From positions 1,698 to 65,697 of the forward strand of contig CAVRNX010000037.1 of NCBI GenBank assembly GCA_963722635.1: a stretch of 64,000 nt of DNA, written 5' to 3'. The translations under genes and the position numbers were made by a program. Of the stretch, positions 42,477 through 52,494 are shown piece by piece. The notes beneath the pieces are model-generated. The model searched no databases, was not told the origin of the DNA, and was given only the letters and a program-made list of their open reading frames with translations. This stretch comes from an uncultured Acidimicrobiaceae bacterium. Its GTDB lineage: Bacteria; Actinomycetota; Acidimicrobiia; Acidimicrobiales; Ilumatobacteraceae. Each line of letters begins with the position of its first letter. Position 1 is the stretch's first letter.

Positions 42477-43613
42477 GTGCTGCAAGCACCGGTTCGGCTG
42501 CTGTTTGCGCTCAAGCCGAAGATCCCAGCAGGGGTGCTGGCGGCGACAGCGGTGAGCACGGTCGTCTTTGCCGCCACCCCCTTCCTGGTCAAGGGCGTCG
42601 CCGTCGACCAAGACGTCGCCGTCGCCACCGTCGCCGTCATCTCGACCGCCCAGTTGGCCGGCTTCATGCTCACATCGTGGGGCGCCGGTCGGTTCCTACG
42701 CCCCCGCCGCCGAGTGCTGATCATCTCTCTGGCGCTGGGTCTGCTGGCCAACGCGGCATCAGCGCTGACGCCATGGTTCTCACTGCTGGTCGGCATCCGA
42801 TTCATCAGCGGCATCTCGCTCGGCCTGGTCTCGTGGATCGCCTGGTCGGAGGTGTTCGGCGACGACGAGAAAGTCGGCGACGTCGCCGTGATCGGCCCGA
42901 TCGTCGGCACCGTCAGCTCTCCGTTGATCGCGATCCTGATCGACGCTTCGGGCTCGGACCTCCTGTTCCTCGTGCTCGCCGGGCTGCACCTGCTGCCGTT
43001 GCCGTTCATCCGCGAGACCAGACTGGTCGCCGCCAGTCGCTCGAAAGCGGTGCGCCACCGGCCGACGCGGGCAGCGACGGCAATCCTGGTGTGTCTGTTC
43101 CTGACCACGTTGGGTGGGTCGGCCGTGTTCGTGTTCGCCGCCGTGATCGGCCAGGACGATGTGGGGCTCAGCGCCCTCACCGTGTCGTTCGTGTTTTCGG
43201 CGAACGCCCTCGCCGGGGTGCCGTCAGCCCGATATCGAGGTGCCCGACGACTGCCGGGGCTGTGGATGGCGCTGACGGGGGCGATGGCGGTGCTGGTCGC
43301 CAGCGCACACGACACGGTCGTGTACTGGATCGCGCTGCCGACCTGGGGATTCGCGTTCTGGATGGGTATTCCAGGCGTGTACTCGATGCTCGCCGAACGC
43401 TCGAACTATCCGGACGAGCGGGCCGGCGACGCCCAGGCGATCATGGCCGCCGGACGAGTCGTCGGGCCGCTGATGGGTGGCGCGCTGTATGCGTGGTCGC
43501 CGGCGTCGCTCGGATACGTCGGCGGTGGCGCAATGGCACTGGCCGGCCTGACGATGGTCTACGTCGAGTGGCGGATCCGCCCGCATGTGCTCGGCAACCT
43601 GGTCAAAGCGTGA
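42477..43613 (+). CDS. MFS-type transporter
   Basis: About 12 hydrophobic segments; RFISGISLG, MAAGRVVGPLMGG. Confidence 0.75.
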   Translation: MLQAPVRLLFALKPKIPAGVLAATAVSTVVFAATPFLVKGVAVDQDVAVATVAVISTAQLAGFMLTSWGAGRFLRPRRRVLIISLALGLLANAASALTPWFSLLVGIRFISGISLGLVSWIAWSEVFGDDEKVGDVAVIGPIVGTVSSPLIAILIDASGSDLLFLVLAGLHLLPLPFIRETRLVAASRSKAVRHRPTRAATAILVCLFLTTLGGSAVFVFAAVIGQDDVGLSALTVSFVFSANALAGVPSARYRGARRLPGLWMALTGAMAVLVASAHDTVVYWIALPTWGFAFWMGIPGVYSMLAERSNYPDERAGDAQAIMAAGRVVGPLMGGALYAWSPASLGYVGGGAMALAGLTMVYVEWRIRPHVLGNLVKA

Positions 43614-44803
43614 GCCGACCCGTCGCTGCGACGGCACCGTGGCGGCTTCAGGTCTCGCTGCTGGGGCTCGTCACCGTCGGCGCCTACGGGCTGATCCTGT
43701 ACGCGTTCGGCGCCTTCGTGTCACCGATCCGTGACGATACCGGTTGGTCGAATGCGGCGATCTCCTCGGCGTTCTCGATCTCCACCTTGGTCGGCGGCGT
43801 CGCCGCGCTCGCCACCGGCCGATTGCTCGATCGGGTCGGCGCGCTGCCCGTCATGTCGACCACGCTGTTGGCCGGATCGAGCTTGCTGGTGCTCAGCTCG
43901 TACACCGACACCGCCTGGCAGTTCGTGGCCGCCTGGGGCGCCGGCGGAGCGATCGCCTCGGCCGGCCTGTTCTACAGCGCCACGATGGCCGTCACGGCTC
44001 GGATCGCTCCGTCGGCCGAACGACCCAGGGCCTACACCTGGTTGACCGTGATCGGTGGCCTCGCCTCGCCGATCGCCTTCCCGCTGGCCGGCTTCTTCGT
44101 CGAAGCCTGGGGCTGGCGGGCCGCGGTCCGAGCGATGGTCGCCTTCATGGTGCTGTGCACGCTGCCGGCGCTGATCGTGGTGCGCGACGACAGAGCTCTG
44201 ATCGAGCATCCGACCGATGAGCTGCGCCCCGGCTTCGCCGACGTCCGCGGGGCGCTGTCCTCGCCGGTCGTTCGGCGGTGGCTGTTGGCGAGTTCGGCGG
44301 CGATGGCCGGACTCGTGGCCGTGCAGGTACACCACGTCGGAGCGATCGAAGCGACCGGGGTATCGGTCGGCCTCGCATCCACGATGGCCGGGATCCGCGG
44401 CCTGCTGTCGCTGCCGGGCAGGGCAGCCGCCGCATCGGTGACCAGCCGGATCGGCGTCGTGAATGCCCTCAGGTTGACCTACGTCACGATGGCGGTCGGC
44501 ACGCTGGCCCTGGTGGCAGCTGGCGCGATCGCCTGGGTCTGGATCTTCGTCGTGCTGACCGGCGTGGCGTTCGGCTCGATCTCGCCGCTGCAGGGGCTGT
44601 ACTCGGCCGAACTGTACGGCCAGCGCCGGATCGGCACCCTGATGGGCATGCAGCAGGTGATCCTCGGCAGCGCCAGCGCCCTCGGGCCGCTGCTGCTCGG
44701 GTTCACGATCGACGCCACCGGCGGCTACGCCACGATGCTCGTGATCGCCACCGCGCTGCAGGTGATCGCGCTGTTGATGTTCAGCGACCCCGGCAAGCGC
44801 TGA
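43610..44803 (+). CDS. MFS transporter
   Basis: GTGA overlap; GRLLDRVG motif A, ELYGQRRIGTLMG, LGPLLLG..DATGGY; about 12 TM. Confidence 0.88.
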   Translation: MSRPVAATAPWRLQVSLLGLVTVGAYGLILYAFGAFVSPIRDDTGWSNAAISSAFSISTLVGGVAALATGRLLDRVGALPVMSTTLLAGSSLLVLSSYTDTAWQFVAAWGAGGAIASAGLFYSATMAVTARIAPSAERPRAYTWLTVIGGLASPIAFPLAGFFVEAWGWRAAVRAMVAFMVLCTLPALIVVRDDRALIEHPTDELRPGFADVRGALSSPVVRRWLLASSAAMAGLVAVQVHHVGAIEATGVSVGLASTMAGIRGLLSLPGRAAAASVTSRIGVVNALRLTYVTMAVGTLALVAAGAIAWVWIFVVLTGVAFGSISPLQGLYSAELYGQRRIGTLMGMQQVILGSASALGPLLLGFTIDATGGYATMLVIATALQVIALLMFSDPGKR

Positions 44804-44832
44804 GCACCCCTCGCCACGTGCCCGAACCTCCG

Positions 44833-44878
44833 TCTGTGTCACGGTTTTCGTGAGCGCTCACGAAAACTGTGACACAGA
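44833..44878. repeat. 46-bp near-perfect palindrome (REP-like or bidirectional terminator) followed by a G-rich tract
   Basis: TCTGTGTCACGGTTTTCGTGAGC/GCTCACGAAAACTGTGACACAGA has one G-T mismatch. Lies between convergent genes. Confidence 0.8.
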
Positions 44879-44942
44879 GCTGGGGGCGAGGCGGGGAAGG
44901 GACCGGGGAGGGAGGGGAAGCGGGGGGCGAGCTGGGTTGGTG

Positions 44943-45581
44943 TCAGATCACCCGTGTCAGGGTCCGCAGCGAACCGGTCGCCGAGGCCGGCTCGAAGCGA
45001 CCGCTGGCCAGCGCCGGCAGGTAGATCTGCTCGTACGGCGGCCGACCACCGTCGTCCGGATCGGGGAACACGTCGTGGATGGCGAGGATTCCGCCGATCG
45101 CCACATGGGGGGTCCAGCCTTCGTAGTCGTCGCGAGCCGGTTCGACACCGTGCCCACCGTCGATGAACAGGAATGCGAGCGGCGTCGTCCAGTGTCGGGC
45201 AACGATCGGGGACCGGCCGACGACACCCACGACGTGGTCTTCGAGGCCGGCGTCGTGGACCGCACTCCGGAAGAACGGCAGCGTGTCCATTCTGTCGATC
45301 CTCGGATCGACCACGTCCGGATCGTGATGCTCCCAACCGGCCTGGTTCTCCTCCGAGCCGCGATGGTGGTCGACGGCGAACAACACCGTGCCCGCCCGGC
45401 GCGCCGCGTCACCGAGCCAGATCGTGGATCGTCCGCAATACGAGCCGACCTCGACCCACGGCGCTCCCGGAACTGCGACGGCTGCCTCCAGCGCCGCAGC
45501 GTGCAGCGCATCACCCTCGGACGGCGGCATGAACCCCTTGGTGGCAAGGGCGAGATCTCGAAGCGCTGGATCGATCGACAC
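44943..45581 (-). CDS. meT1: Methyltransf_24 SAM methyltransferase, homologue of MMP 1-O-methyltransferase MeT1
   Basis: [63 protein letters not shown] match recalled mycobacterial MeT1 motifs. Confidence 0.8.
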   Translation of the reverse strand: MSIDPALRDLALATKGFMPPSEGDALHAAALEAAVAVPGAPWVEVGSYCGRSTIWLGDAARRAGTVLFAVDHHRGSEENQAGWEHHDPDVVDPRIDRMDTLPFFRSAVHDAGLEDHVVGVVGRSPIVARHWTTPLAFLFIDGGHGVEPARDDYEGWTPHVAIGGILAIHDVFPDPDDGGRPPYEQIYLPALASGRFEPASATGSLRTLTRVI

Positions 45582-45623
45582 ACCTTGATGCTATGGGCAG
45601 CGCGCGCCGTGCCGCGGTGGACG

Positions 45624-45649
45624 GGAACCGACCGTGGCCGACCGACGTC
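45624..45649 (+). promoter_or_regulatory. Candidate ECF sigma factor promoter
   Basis: GGAAC (45624-45628) - 17 nt - CGTC (45646-45649) directly upstream of ATG 45652/45658. Confidence 0.45.
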
Positions 45650-45651
45650 CA

Positions 45652-48056
45652 ATGAGTATGCGTGCCCTCCCAGCGATCATCGTCAGTGTTGCCCTCGTCG
45701 CCTCGGCGTGCTCCGACGACTCACCGACGGCATCACCGGACACGACCCAGCCCTCCCCGGGTGGCGCCGTCACGACACCGCTCGGTACCGATGCCAGCGG
45801 CACCGGCCAAGGCGGCTCGGGCACGAGCGGGTTCGTGCGGGCACTCACACCGTTCGCCGACTGCAGCGCCTTTCTCGACCACGTCAAGGCGGTCGCCCGG
45901 GAACGGGTCGGCCCGTACGGGCTCGACGGAGGTCCGAACTACTACCTCGAAGACGACGTACTCGTCGACTTGGAGATGGCGGCCGACGGCGGGGACATGG
46001 CCGACGAACCAGCCGACGAGCCGGCCAGCGCCCCGTCGCCCGACGCGGGCGGCGACGACAGCGACTCGGGCAGCGGCGACGGCTCGTTCACCGGCACCAA
46101 CGTCCAGGAGCTCGGGATCGACGAGCCGGACATCATCAAGACCGACGGCGACCGGATCCTGGTGGTCAGCGAGAACCGGCTCAGCTACGTCGACATCTCC
46201 GGCTCCGAACCCGAGCTGACCGACCAGATCACACTCGACGAAGGCTGGGGCCACGAGCTGTTCTTCCTCGGCGACCGTGCACTGCTGTTCACCAACGGCG
46301 GCAACTGGGGCGGCCCGATGCCGGTCGAACCGATGATCGTCGACGACGCCGACAACGCGCCGACGCCGACGCCGAGGCCGAATTCGCCGAAGAGTCGATG
46401 CCCGTCGATGACCTCTACGCGCCCGAGTACTACGGTCCGGCTGCGCTGGTGTACGAGATCGACCTGTCCGACCCCGACAACCTGTCCGTCTCCGCATCGA
46501 TGCAGATCGAGGGGCAGTATCTGAGCGCCAGGGCGATCGGCGACCATGTCCGGCTCGCTGTGTCGAGCGCCCCGAACCAGCTGCCGTGGCTGTTTCCGCA
46601 GAGTGCCGCCGGAGAAGAACGGGCGACCGACGCAAACCGCGAGATCATCGACGAGTCCACGCTCGAGGACTGGATCCCGTCGTATCAACTGAACGGCCGT
46701 GGGGTATCGGATGGTGGCCCACTGCTGGCCTGCGGCCGGATGCACCACCCCGCCGAGTTCTCCGGCTTCGAGGTGGTTTCGGTGCTCGACCTCGACCTCA
46801 GCAGCGGCCTCGATGCCAGCTTCGACCCGAATAGCGCCGTCGGCGTACTGGCGAGCGGCCAGACGATCTACTCCTCGAACGACCGCTTCTACGTCGCCAC
46901 CACGAAGTGGGCAGGCGCCGATCTGGCGATCGACGACACCCGGTTCCGTGAATGGTCCGATGACTACGAGACCGATCTCCACGCCTTCGCCATCGCTCCA
47001 GGTGAGCCGACCCGGTACGTCGCCTCCGGAACCGTCCGGGGCAGCTTGCTCAACCAGTTCTCACTCGACGAGTACGACGGCTACCTGAGGGTGATCGGCA
47101 CCGACGGCTCGCCCTGGGACGAGCGCAACCAGAGCGAAACGCGGCTCGTCGTGCTCCAGGAACAGGGCGACCAGCTGATTCCGGTCGGCGAGGTCGGTGG
47201 ACTCGGCAAGGGGGAGCAGCTGTTCTCCGCACGCCTGATGGACGAGATCGGGTTCGCCGTCACGTTCCGTCAGACCGACCCGTTCTACGTGCTCGACCTC
47301 AGCGAACCGACCAACCCCCGGATCAGCGGCGAGCTGAAGATCCCCGGTGTGTCGACGTACCTGCATCCGATCGGTGACGGGATGGTGCTCGGCCTCGGGC
47401 AGGCCGCCACCGAAGAGGGCTTCCAGACCGGACTCAAGCTGAGCCTGTTCGACGTCAGCGACCCCAGCGACCCGCGTGAGATCTCGGTGTGGACCCTGCC
47501 GGACTCGCAGTCACCGGCAGAGTGGGATCACCGGGCGTTCCAGATGTTCGGCTCCACGGCGATCGTGCCGGTGCAGGACTGGAACAGCCAGTTCAACGGC
47601 GTGATCCTGTTCGACATCGGCGACACGATCACCGAGATCGGGCGGGTCAGCCACCTCCCAGGTGGCGACGACCCGACCAGCGACTGCCGCGTTCTCACCA
47701 CCGACGACGTCCCCGAGGACAGCGAATTGTGGTGGATGGCGTCCGAGCCCTCGATCCACTTCCAGTTGTGCGGTGCCGACAGTCGCGGCGGTTTCGGATC
47801 GAGCTACTGCGAGACGTTCCCGATCGACGAGATCCGCTACTGGTTCGGCGACGAAACGATCGGTGACGAAGTGATCGCCACGCTCGGCGCCGGGCCCGAC
47901 GATCGCTTCGAGATCTGCTACCCCGAGGACTACTACCAAGAGCAGATCCAGCGCAGCCTGGTGGCGAACGGTGTGCTGTGGACGATGTCGCCCTCGGACT
48001 TGCAGGCCAACGACCTCGAGTCGCTCGACGCGATCGTCACGTTCGGGCTTCGCTGA
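45652..48056 (+). CDS. Secreted beta-propeller domain lipoprotein (Beta_propel family), frameshift near 46360
   Basis: Lipobox ASAC; TNVQELGIDEPDIIKTDG, LLNQFSLDEYDGYLRV, VTFRQTDPFYVLDL, GELKIPGVSTYLHP, KLSLFDVSD, DHRAF. Confidence 0.88.
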
Positions 48057-48130
48057 GCAGCCACTGCACCGACACCGGCTCACACCATCGATCGATTGTG
48101 CGAGCGACCTCCGGCACCGAGGGTTGCGGC

Positions 48131-48817
48131 TCACTCGTGCAGCTCGGACAGTGCCACCACCTCGGGGATGCCCCCACCCAACTGCGACCAGATCTCCGAC
48201 GCCAGCGTCACGATGTCAGCCGCACCGGCCGCATGCTCGATGATCAGGCCGGTGGCAACCAGCCGTTCGGCAAGAGCCGTCAGACCGGGCAGACGCTGCG
48301 ACCACTGATCGAGTTGGCTCGACCAGAACACCCCGGTGTGAGTCGGGAGCAACAGACCCAGCACCGACCATTCGGAGATCGGCAACTGCTCGATCTGCGG
48401 CCAGTTGCTCGAGATGAACGGGTTGATGTCCCGGATCCGCTCGACGCCGCGCATGATCGGGTCGGGTGCCAGCACCCGTACCGCTCGGATGGGGCTGATC
48501 CGGATTGCACCGAGGCACTGCACGCAAGGTTGCAGCGTGGTGTGCAGCACCAACTCGTCGTGCTCGTGCCGGCCGTACTTCAGCTTGGCGAGCACGTTCA
48601 GCTCGGCGTGGGCCAGCGACGACCCGGCCAGGACATCCTCACCCGGATCATGCTCGAACAAACGATTTCGCCCCGTCGCCACCTCGGTCCCGTCACCGCC
48701 CGCAGCGACCGCGCCGACGCCGAGGCTGCCGGAGCGAGCCGATTCCCAGGCCAACTCCAGCGCCCGCTGCATCGACCGGTCGAGCGCCTTGAATGAACGC
48801 TCTGTGGTATCACGCAT
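48131..48817 (-). CDS. Zn-dependent nucleoside deaminase (cytidine/dCMP deaminase, TadA-like) with C-terminal extension
   Basis: ALELAWES, VGAV, GRNR, AHAELN, TTLQPCVQCLGAI. Confidence 0.85.
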   Translation of the reverse strand: MRDTTERSFKALDRSMQRALELAWESARSGSLGVGAVAAGGDGTEVATGRNRLFEHDPGEDVLAGSSLAHAELNVLAKLKYGRHEHDELVLHTTLQPCVQCLGAIRISPIRAVRVLAPDPIMRGVERIRDINPFISSNWPQIEQLPISEWSVLGLLLPTHTGVFWSSQLDQWSQRLPGLTALAERLVATGLIIEHAAGAADIVTLASEIWSQLGGGIPEVVALSELHE

Positions 48818-48859
48818 GCCGGCAGGGTAGGCGCCCGCCCGACGTGGCAGCATGTCGTC

Positions 48860-49714
48860 ATGGCGGAAGCACTCCAGAACCTGGTCGAGCTGCTCGATCT
48901 CGAACCGATCGAGGTCAACATCTTCCGTGGGGTGCAGCCCGACGAGGACCGCCAGCGCGTGTTCGGAGGCCAGGTCGCCGGCCAGGCACTCGTCGCCGCG
49001 GCGCGAACCGTCGACGAGCCCGGGCGTCACGTGCACTCGTTGCACGCCTACTTTCTGCGACCAGGTGACCCGAGCGTGCCGATCCTGTACGACGTCGACC
49101 GCCTTCGCGACGGGCGCAGCTTCACCACCCGGCGGGTCGTGGCGATCCAGCACGGGCGACCGATCTTCAACCTCCAGGCCAGCTTCCACGACGCCGAACC
49201 CGGACTCGACCATCACATCAAGGGTCCCGACGACGTGCCGCCTCCAGAATCGCTGCCGGGTTTCCGTGAGCGGATGGAACCACATCGCGAGCGGATGGGC
49301 CAGTGGTACGACCGACCGCGTCCGATCGACACGAGGTACGTCCCGCCAGACCCTGCGTTCGAGCCGGGCGTGAAGACCGACGGGCAGCTCGTGTGGATGC
49401 GCGCCGACGGTGAGCTTCCCGACGACCCGGTCCTGCACGCCTGCATCGTGACGTACGCCAGCGACATGTCGCTGCTCGACACCGCACTGCGCCCGTTCGG
49501 GATGGCGTCATTCACGGACAACTTGATGATGGCCAGCCTCGACCATGCGATGTGGTTTCATCGGCCGTTTCGTGCCGACGAGTGGCTGCTCTATCGACAG
49601 CAGGCGATCTCCAGTTCGTCAGCGCGCGGATTGTCGGGCGGCTCGATCTTCAACACCGCCGGCCAACTCGTGGCGAACGTCGTGCAGGAAGGCCTGATTC
49701 GGGTGCTGTCATGA
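48860..49714 (+). CDS. tesB: Acyl-CoA thioesterase II
   Basis: VFGGQVAGQAL, HSLHAYFLRPGD, RDGRSFTTRRV, YASD, ASLDHAMWFHRP, QEGL. Confidence 0.95.
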   Translation: MAEALQNLVELLDLEPIEVNIFRGVQPDEDRQRVFGGQVAGQALVAAARTVDEPGRHVHSLHAYFLRPGDPSVPILYDVDRLRDGRSFTTRRVVAIQHGRPIFNLQASFHDAEPGLDHHIKGPDDVPPPESLPGFRERMEPHRERMGQWYDRPRPIDTRYVPPDPAFEPGVKTDGQLVWMRADGELPDDPVLHACIVTYASDMSLLDTALRPFGMASFTDNLMMASLDHAMWFHRPFRADEWLLYRQQAISSSSARGLSGGSIFNTAGQLVANVVQEGLIRVLS

Positions 49715-51018
49715 CCCGTTGTGTGCCATTGGCGCTGTTCACCGCGCTGGTGTTGACAGCGTGCGCCGACGATGGCAGCCCCGCCCAGCAGGGTTCGGCC
49801 GTCGTGATCACCAGCGACACGGCAGCCGCCTCGCCAGCACCTGACCGACCCGCCGACTCGCCGACCTCCGAGCCCAGCTCCGAGCCCAGCTCCGATCAAC
49901 CGTCCCCGACCGGTACCCCATCGAGCACCACCGGCGCTCCGACGGTCGCTCCACGGGTCGGTGACCCGAAGGTGGCTGCGATCGTCGTCGCCGACTTCGA
50001 CCGGCCGGTCGATCTCGCCGTGCGAACCGGTGATCCGGCGCTGTATCTCGTCGAACAGCCAGGTCGCGTCGTGCAGTTCGCGGATGATCGATCGATCGTC
50101 GTCGCCGACATCTCGGATCGCACCGAAGCAGACGGGGAACGGGGCCTGCTCGGCCTCGTGTTCTCCGAAGCTGGTGACGCCGCCTACCTGAACTACACGA
50201 ATCTCGACGGCGACACCGTGATCGCCGAGTACCCGGTTGACGACGACGGCATGTTCGACACCGGGGCGGAACGTCTCCTCCTGACCGTCGATCAGCCGTA
50301 CGGCAATCACAATGGTGGCGACCTGGCGATCGACCCCGACGGCATGCTGTTGATCGCGCTCGGCGACGGAGGTTCCGCGAACGATCCGCAACGTCACGCC
50401 AGCAATCCGGCCGACCTGCTCGGTTCGCTGCTGCGCATCGATCCCCGTCCCGACGGCGACCGGCCCTACTCGATCCCGCCCGACAACCCGTTCGCCGGCG
50501 GCGACTTCGAGGGGATCGAGGGTGCACCCGAGATCTGGTCATGGGGGCTTCGCAACCCGTGGAAGATCGCCTTCGACCCCATCACCGAGGAACTGTGGAT
50601 CGCCGATGTCGGTCAGAACGCTCTGGAGGAGATCAACGTGGTCGGTCCGGTCGGCGACACGACCGCCGGGCGCGGATCCAACTTCGGGTGGAGCGCGTTC
50701 GAGGGCACCGAACGGTTCAACACCGACGTCGCTGACACCGACCCCGTGCCACCGGTACTCACCTACCGGCACGGCAGCGACGGTTGCTCCGTGTCGGGCG
50801 GCGTTCCATACCGTGGCACGGCGATCGCCGAGCTCACACCGGCCTACATCTACAGCGACTGGTGCTCGGGCATCGTCTGGGCGCTCGACTTGGCCGGCCA
50901 ACGAAATCTGACCCTGCTCGACGGTTTCGAGTCGGTCTCAGCAGTTCGAGCGGGCCCGGACGGCGAGGTCTACGTGCTCGAACGAACCGGCGCTCTGCAC
51001 CGATTGGTACCTGGTTGA
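49711..51018 (+). CDS. PQQ-dependent glucose/sorbosone dehydrogenase family lipoprotein
   Basis: Lipobox LTAC; GERGLLG, QPYGNHNGG, LGDGG, GSLLRID, IPPDNPF, GLRNPW, ADVGQ, NFGW. Confidence 0.9.
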   Translation: MTRCVPLALFTALVLTACADDGSPAQQGSAVVITSDTAAASPAPDRPADSPTSEPSSEPSSDQPSPTGTPSSTTGAPTVAPRVGDPKVAAIVVADFDRPVDLAVRTGDPALYLVEQPGRVVQFADDRSIVVADISDRTEADGERGLLGLVFSEAGDAAYLNYTNLDGDTVIAEYPVDDDGMFDTGAERLLLTVDQPYGNHNGGDLAIDPDGMLLIALGDGGSANDPQRHASNPADLLGSLLRIDPRPDGDRPYSIPPDNPFAGGDFEGIEGAPEIWSWGLRNPWKIAFDPITEELWIADVGQNALEEINVVGPVGDTTAGRGSNFGWSAFEGTERFNTDVADTDPVPPVLTYRHGSDGCSVSGGVPYRGTAIAELTPAYIYSDWCSGIVWALDLAGQRNLTLLDGFESVSAVRAGPDGEVYVLERTGALHRLVPG

Positions 51019-51100
51019 TCAGCGGATAGGTGACCATCCAGTCGTCACCATCACGCGCTGCGATCGGTGCCTACCCGCTGAGCCCCTGACTGATCAGGGG
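51019..51100. terminator. Tandem hairpins between convergent genes
   Basis: TCAGCGG..TAGG / CCTA..CCGCTGA (51019-51081) and CCCCTGA-CTGA-TCAGGGG (51083-51100). Confidence 0.5.
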
Positions 51101-51103
51101 TCG

Positions 51104-52492
51104 TCAGCTGACCCGCTCGAACTCGATCTGACGCTGCTCGGGATCAGCCGAGATGAGGCGAACCCTGAGGTCGTCACCCGGATCGACACGGCGAGCGATC
51201 GTGCGTACCAGTACAGCAGGATCGCTGATCTGTACCTCGACGCCCCACTCGCCTTCATCGACGACCACCGCCTCGAAGATCTCACCTTCGCGACCCGACA
51301 ACACGACCGCCTCGGCAAGATCGAGCGCGTCGCGCTCGGCGCGGTTGGCACGCTGATCACCCTGTGACATCGCCTGCGGCAGACGCTCGAAACCGGCGAT
51401 GATCTCGTCGGGCACCGAACGCCCGTTGGCGACCGCCAGCGTTGCCTCGATCACGTAGCGATCCTGGAGGCGCCGCAACGGAGCAGTCGCCTGGGCATAC
51501 GTTGCTGCAACCGCCGAATGCCAGGGTCGCTGTCGGGGATCGAACGGGGCGTAGCCGGCGCCCCCGGCCGCCCGTCGAACCGCGATCAGGAACGCCGAGG
51601 TACGCGGATCGGAACGCGGCAGCGAGCGCTCGAACGCAGCGAGCGTCATGTCATCGGGCCAGTCGAGGCCGAACGCCCTGGCCGAATGACGAAGTCGTCG
51701 GAACCTTCGTTCGTCGACCTCGGGCATCACGCGGAACAGCCCGGTGCCGGCTGCGTAGAGCGCCTCGGCGATGGCGAGGTTGGTCGCCAACGACAGCGCT
51801 GCATTCTGTTCCTCCGAGTCGAGCCGTGGCCGGAATCGCAGCACGAACGCACCATCGTCGAGCCGATCGATCTCCTGTTCGGGGAACTCGACGCGCGGCG
51901 CGCCGCGGGCCTCCTCCGCCAGCTGGATTCGTCGGTGCAGCTCGTCGAATCCGGCGGGAAGATCTTCGGGGGCGACGGTGTCGTAGGCGAGTTTGGCCTG
52001 GTTGCGTACGATCGCCCGTTCGGCGCCGTCGAGCGAGGTCATGCCGTCGGGGGCGACGCGCACCGTGAACACGACTGCCGGTCGATCGACATCCGGCAGC
52101 AGGCTGGCAGCACCCTCGGACAGGACTGGCGGATACAAGGTGGCCCGCCGATCGGGCAAGTACACCGTGACCGCCCGCTCGAACGCCTCGACGTCGAGCG
52201 CATCACCCGGCCGCACGAACCAGCCGACATCGGCGATCGCGTAATGCAGGATGATGTCGCTGTCGGCCACTTCGATCGCGAATGCCTGATCCAGATCGAC
52301 CGACGATTCGGGATCGAGGGTGACGAACCGTCGGCTCGTGCGATCGACGTGGGCTGAGCCGAGCGGCTTCGAGGCAGCCACCTCGGCCGCAGCGATGACC
52401 TCGTCGGAGAACGACTCACGGATTCCGCTCTCGGCACGAATCCGATCGAGGCCAGTGGCCATCGCCTCGACCGCGCCGGGACGTAGCCGCAC
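51104..52492 (-). CDS. RNB-domain ribonuclease (short actinobacterial RNase II/R-like)
   Basis: FVTLDP..S.DLDQA, YAIADV, TVYLPD, LSEGAASLLP, TAPLRRL.DRY; S1-like tail. Confidence 0.88.
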   Translation of the reverse strand: MRLRPGAVEAMATGLDRIRAESGIRESFSDEVIAAAEVAASKPLGSAHVDRTSRRFVTLDPESSVDLDQAFAIEVADSDIILHYAIADVGWFVRPGDALDVEAFERAVTVYLPDRRATLYPPVLSEGAASLLPDVDRPAVVFTVRVAPDGMTSLDGAERAIVRNQAKLAYDTVAPEDLPAGFDELHRRIQLAEEARGAPRVEFPEQEIDRLDDGAFVLRFRPRLDSEEQNAALSLATNLAIAEALYAAGTGLFRVMPEVDERRFRRLRHSARAFGLDWPDDMTLAAFERSLPRSDPRTSAFLIAVRRAAGGAGYAPFDPRQRPWHSAVAATYAQATAPLRRLQDRYVIEATLAVANGRSVPDEIIAGFERLPQAMSQGDQRANRAERDALDLAEAVVLSGREGEIFEAVVVDEGEWGVEVQISDPAVLVRTIARRVDPGDDLRVRLISADPEQRQIEFERVS

Positions 52493-52494
52493 GG

